Shown here piece by piece: positions 61,414 to 64,000 of a stretch of DNA of 64,000 nucleotides. The first letter of the stretch is position 1. Every line of letters starts with the position of its first letter. The notes under the pieces were generated by a model. That model had not been told where the DNA came from, did not search any database, and was given only the letters and a program-made list of their open reading frames with translations. This DNA is from an uncultured Candidatus Entotheonella sp. (GTDB lineage: Bacteria; Tectomicrobia; Entotheonellia; Entotheonellales; Entotheonellaceae): the NCBI GenBank assembly GCA_965217185.1, contig OZ244252.1, positions 3,392,001-3,456,000 of the forward strand. The letters are read 5' to 3'. The translations under genes and the position numbers were made by a program.

Positions 61414-62127
61414 TCAGGCGAATTCCTGAAGAAGATCGTTTATTTTTGCAAGATCGGCTTGAAACCGCTTGCATCGAGTGTGTTCCTTTTTCAACGCTTG
61501 GCAGTCGTCGTCATTTTCGCACCGGGTGAAGTCGAGGAGTTCGGAAGCCGCAAGTAGCTGAATGACATCTGAAATCATCAGAGCCTCTCTCAGTTCTTCC
61601 AAGTTGTATTCTGAGGCAATGCCGGTCTCGGACAGCTGCATCCCGAACATGTGAACCCCGCCATGCACGTATTCGCTCAGGCACCGGTAGACCGTTGAAA
61701 AAAACTCATCCGCTTGCCCGTCAGGGCTAAGAACACGGCTCATTGTTTTCTTAATGAGATAAGACATCTCGGGAAACTTGTTGGATGAGAAGGTTTCAAC
61801 AGTTTTTTTCTTTGCATGGTACTTCACCCATCTTCCCCTGCAGCAGGCTTCGAGCACCGAGCGTGTCAGAACTAAGCCAGCATCATAATGCCCGCTCTGG
61901 AATAGAAATGTAACGCTCCAAGCCTGTTTGATCGCCAAGCTGAACAGGGCAGAGGCGATCTGCGTTCGCTTGTTGGTCGGCAGATCGGGGATAGAAAGCC
62001 CAGGGTCATTCAGGAGCGTTTCGATATGTTCCTGTATTACTGAGGATCTGCCCAAGGCCTGCTTCAGGACAGTTTCCGGATTCAACAGGCATTCCTCATA
62101 AAGTTTGGCACATGTTTTGGTTTCCAA
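61414..62127 (-). CDS. Hypothetical helical protein, DUF5677/DUF6988-like (HEPN-like)
   Basis: LTRSVLEA and YRCLSEYVHGG motifs; visibly AT-richer; start uncertain. Confidence 0.55.
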   Translation of the reverse strand: METKTCAKLYEECLLNPETVLKQALGRSSVIQEHIETLLNDPGLSIPDLPTNKRTQIASALFSLAIKQAWSVTFLFQSGHYDAGLVLTRSVLEACCRGRWVKYHAKKKTVETFSSNKFPEMSYLIKKTMSRVLSPDGQADEFFSTVYRCLSEYVHGGVHMFGMQLSETGIASEYNLEELREALMISDVIQLLAASELLDFTRCENDDDCQALKKEHTRCKRFQADLAKINDLLQEFA

Positions 62128-62714
62128 TGAAGGTCCCGGCTACGAATGATAGGCGTTATCGGGGTACTTGCATTGTGCTCTTGAAGCGGTCTCGTATGGA
62201 TCGTGGCGTCGCTGAGCTTCCTTGGCCATTTGCTTTGTGACAGGTCAAGCACATCATTTTGATATGAGGACTTTATTGTGTCGGCTCTTTCCAGATCGCC
62301 CAGTCTGATCGGCATTTCCTTATCGCAAAGGAGTGCGTTTGCAACGTCGGCCAGCCTGGCAAGGCTTGCTCCGCTGTAACGGGAAGCTTCGTAGCGCTGT
62401 ATCTGCTGTGGCTTCAAACCAAGTTTTCCGGCTAGGTCGGTCTGGGTCAAATGGCTGGCGATCCGGATTTCGATCAGTCGGGTCGGCAATTCTTCGAGCA
62501 AGCAGGACTCCGGGAAATCGACGTGTCCGGCACGGAGGTTTTCGTACCGTGTCATGTCTGCCCGGATATCTTCGATCTGGCTTTCAAGGGCATCGATTTC
62601 GATTTGTCTTACCCATTCAGGGCTGTCGGATTGGCTTCTTACGGTATCAAGAGCCGCTTCGAGCTTTGCGAGGGCTGTTCTCGAGACGTGCATCTGCTTG
62701 TCGCTGAGAATCAT
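62082..62714 (-). CDS. XRE-family HTH protein with N-terminal coiled coil
   Basis: LIEIRIASHLTQTDLAGKLGLKPQQIQRYEASRYSGASLARL. Confidence 0.85.
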   Translation of the reverse strand: MILSDKQMHVSRTALAKLEAALDTVRSQSDSPEWVRQIEIDALESQIEDIRADMTRYENLRAGHVDFPESCLLEELPTRLIEIRIASHLTQTDLAGKLGLKPQQIQRYEASRYSGASLARLADVANALLCDKEMPIRLGDLERADTIKSSYQNDVLDLSQSKWPRKLSDATIHTRPLQEHNASTPITPIIRSRDLHWKPKHVPNFMRNAC

Positions 62715-63191
62715 GAATCTGCCTTTCGCTGAAGAAGAGGGTCTGTCGGGAGAAAAACGGAAACAATCCCCTTCTGCCCGCCGGTAAAGCGATCAAGTTG
62801 AAAAATTCGACGAAGGTTTGGCCCATGGCATTGCTGATTGACGTGGATGGGAAAAATTCTCCCTTGAACATGGCCTTTTGCGCGGCACGCTTGTTCGTAA
62901 AACCGAAAAAGACGGGGTCAAGTCTGTCCGGATCTGTGTCCGCCGGGTCCCAGCAGACATCGAAGTCGCCGGGCCGGGGGGTTTCCCCGTGACGTAACTT
63001 CCATCCAGATAGATCCATCTGCAGCCGGCAAAACGTAGCCTGCCAGCAGCATCGACCAAACCATTGAACAATTCGTATCGCCATGCGTTCGTGGCAAATC
63101 GTTTCTCGATCTCGTCAAGTGTGGCTTGGTGTATCCCCGGGGGCAGGATTTCCCAAGGGAAGCCGTTTACGGTGATAAACGCCGGTATCAT
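62711..63191 (-). pseudogene. DUF6932-like nucleotidyltransferase-fold protein with two frameshifts
   Basis: LPPGIH, LDGSYVTGK / PGDFDVCW..KGEFFP..FVEFF / QLDRFTGGQKGIV in three frames; shifts at the G6 run 62976-62981 and A5 run 62801-62805; final TGA overlaps the HTH ATG. Confidence 0.8.
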
Positions 63192-63194
63192 ATA

Positions 63195-63212
63195 TACAAT
63201 TATAATGTTGTA
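63195..63212 (-). promoter_or_regulatory. Leaderless -10 box inside a palindromic operator
   Basis: TACAA-N8-TTGTA; minus-strand TATAAT (63199-63204) lies 7 nt before the ATG at 63191; no RBS. Confidence 0.6.
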
Positions 63213-63306
63213 GACAAGCGAAGGCTAAATTCGATTTTGTAGGAGCGGAAAATAGACGCCGCCCGGCAGCAGGCCGTTGAAGGCCCCACCGCCGGGCGTC
63301 CGGGGA

Positions 63307-64000
63307 TCAGACCGAAACGGTTGCTGACTTAAAAGCCGGCATGACCGCCTCGGCGAAGCAGGCGAGTTGGTCCTGGAACTGGGCGTTCGACAGGCCCATG
63401 GGAAAGCCGATGAGGATGTTCTCCAGGCCGGGGTAGCGCTCTTGCAGCTCTTGCAGGTAGGCGACCATGTCCTGCGGCGTGCCCGCGAACCAGGCGCGGT
63501 TGTTGATGACCTCTTCGAAGTTGCTGCCCGCGGCGATGTGGGTGGCCACGCCGGCCGGGCCGGTGGCCTTCATCTGCTTCTCGTTGTAGCGCAGCATGCC
63601 GAGCGGCGCGGCGAACTTGACGTGCTCCTCGAAGATCGGCTCCAGCGTCCGCTTGGCGCTCTCGGCGCTCGAATCGAGATAGCACCACAGGCCCAACGCC
63701 AGATTCTCACCCAGCGCCAAATCCCGTCCGTGACGAGCGTTGACGTCCTGAAAACGCTGCATCCAGCCCTCGATATACTCGGCCGCCGTTCCCAGCATCA
63801 CCCCCTTGACGCCGTGCTTGGCCATGAAGTTGAGGCCGCGCTCGGAGCCGCTGACCATCGGTTGCCACACCTCGACGGGCAGATTGAAGGGGCGCGGCAC
63901 CAGGGTAATGTCCTGCAGCTGGTAGCCGCGGTACGGCACCTCGGGCGGCAGGGTGTAGTGCTTGCCGCGGTGCGAAAACGACTTCTCGTTGAACGCCTTC
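63307..64000 (-). CDS. LLM-class flavin-dependent oxidoreductase (5' end outside the window)
   Basis: FSHRGKHYTLPP, TLVPRP, AGTPQD, FAEAVMPAF; frame open to the window edge. Confidence 0.85.
   Translation of the reverse strand, partial: KAFNEKSFSHRGKHYTLPPEVPYRGYQLQDITLVPRPFNLPVEVWQPMVSGSERGLNFMAKHGVKGVMLGTAAEYIEGWMQRFQDVNARHGRDLALGENLALGLWCYLDSSAESAKRTLEPIFEEHVKFAAPLGMLRYNEKQMKATGPAGVATHIAAGSNFEEVINNRAWFAGTPQDMVAYLQELQERYPGLENILIGFPMGLSNAQFQDQLACFAEAVMPAFKSATVSV

Noticed and set aside
62082..62127. HTH and HEPN-like ORFs as one frameshifted fusion gene
   Set aside because: Possible given the overlap and weak RBS, but there is an in-frame TAG five codons upstream of the TTG and no clear slippage site; undecidable without homologues.

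Overview
This is a high-GC bacterial chromosome segment with no rRNA, tRNA or CRISPR array seen. The gene repertoire suggests a diderm such as Ca. Tectomicrobia or a Deltaproteobacteria-like lineage (inference only). Most of the window is housekeeping and metabolism: zapA-ygfA, holB, hrcA-prmA-rsmE-purH-purD-glnB, a TonB-like gene, glpK-gpsA-larB-larC, a methylcrotonyl-CoA-carboxylase-type cluster, hemE-hemH-hemY, an amidase, citrate synthase, an F1-only atpHAGDC operon running into trmN6-rsmI, and assorted hydrolases and oxidoreductases. Two accessory islets stand out. (1) An 11-kb defence island (26.7-37.8 kb) in which two toxin-less fitA-like antitoxin genes form direct repeats, each heading a different cargo. 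The first heads a type I R-M system with an AbiJ-like HEPN gene between hsdS and hsdR; that gene is split by an IS5 element whose transposase carries a nonsense codon. The second heads an ApeA-like HEPN gene. (2) A 61.4-63.2 kb module of a leaderless, frameshifted nucleotidyltransferase-like gene, an XRE-HTH gene and a HEPN-like gene. Notable single proteins are a tandem Hfq/Sm-like protein, a ferrochelatase with an N-terminal four-cysteine insert, a LarC with a degenerate N-terminal domain, and an ATP synthase gamma subunit with an acidic loop. All family assignments are by motif recognition by eye; no database searches were run.
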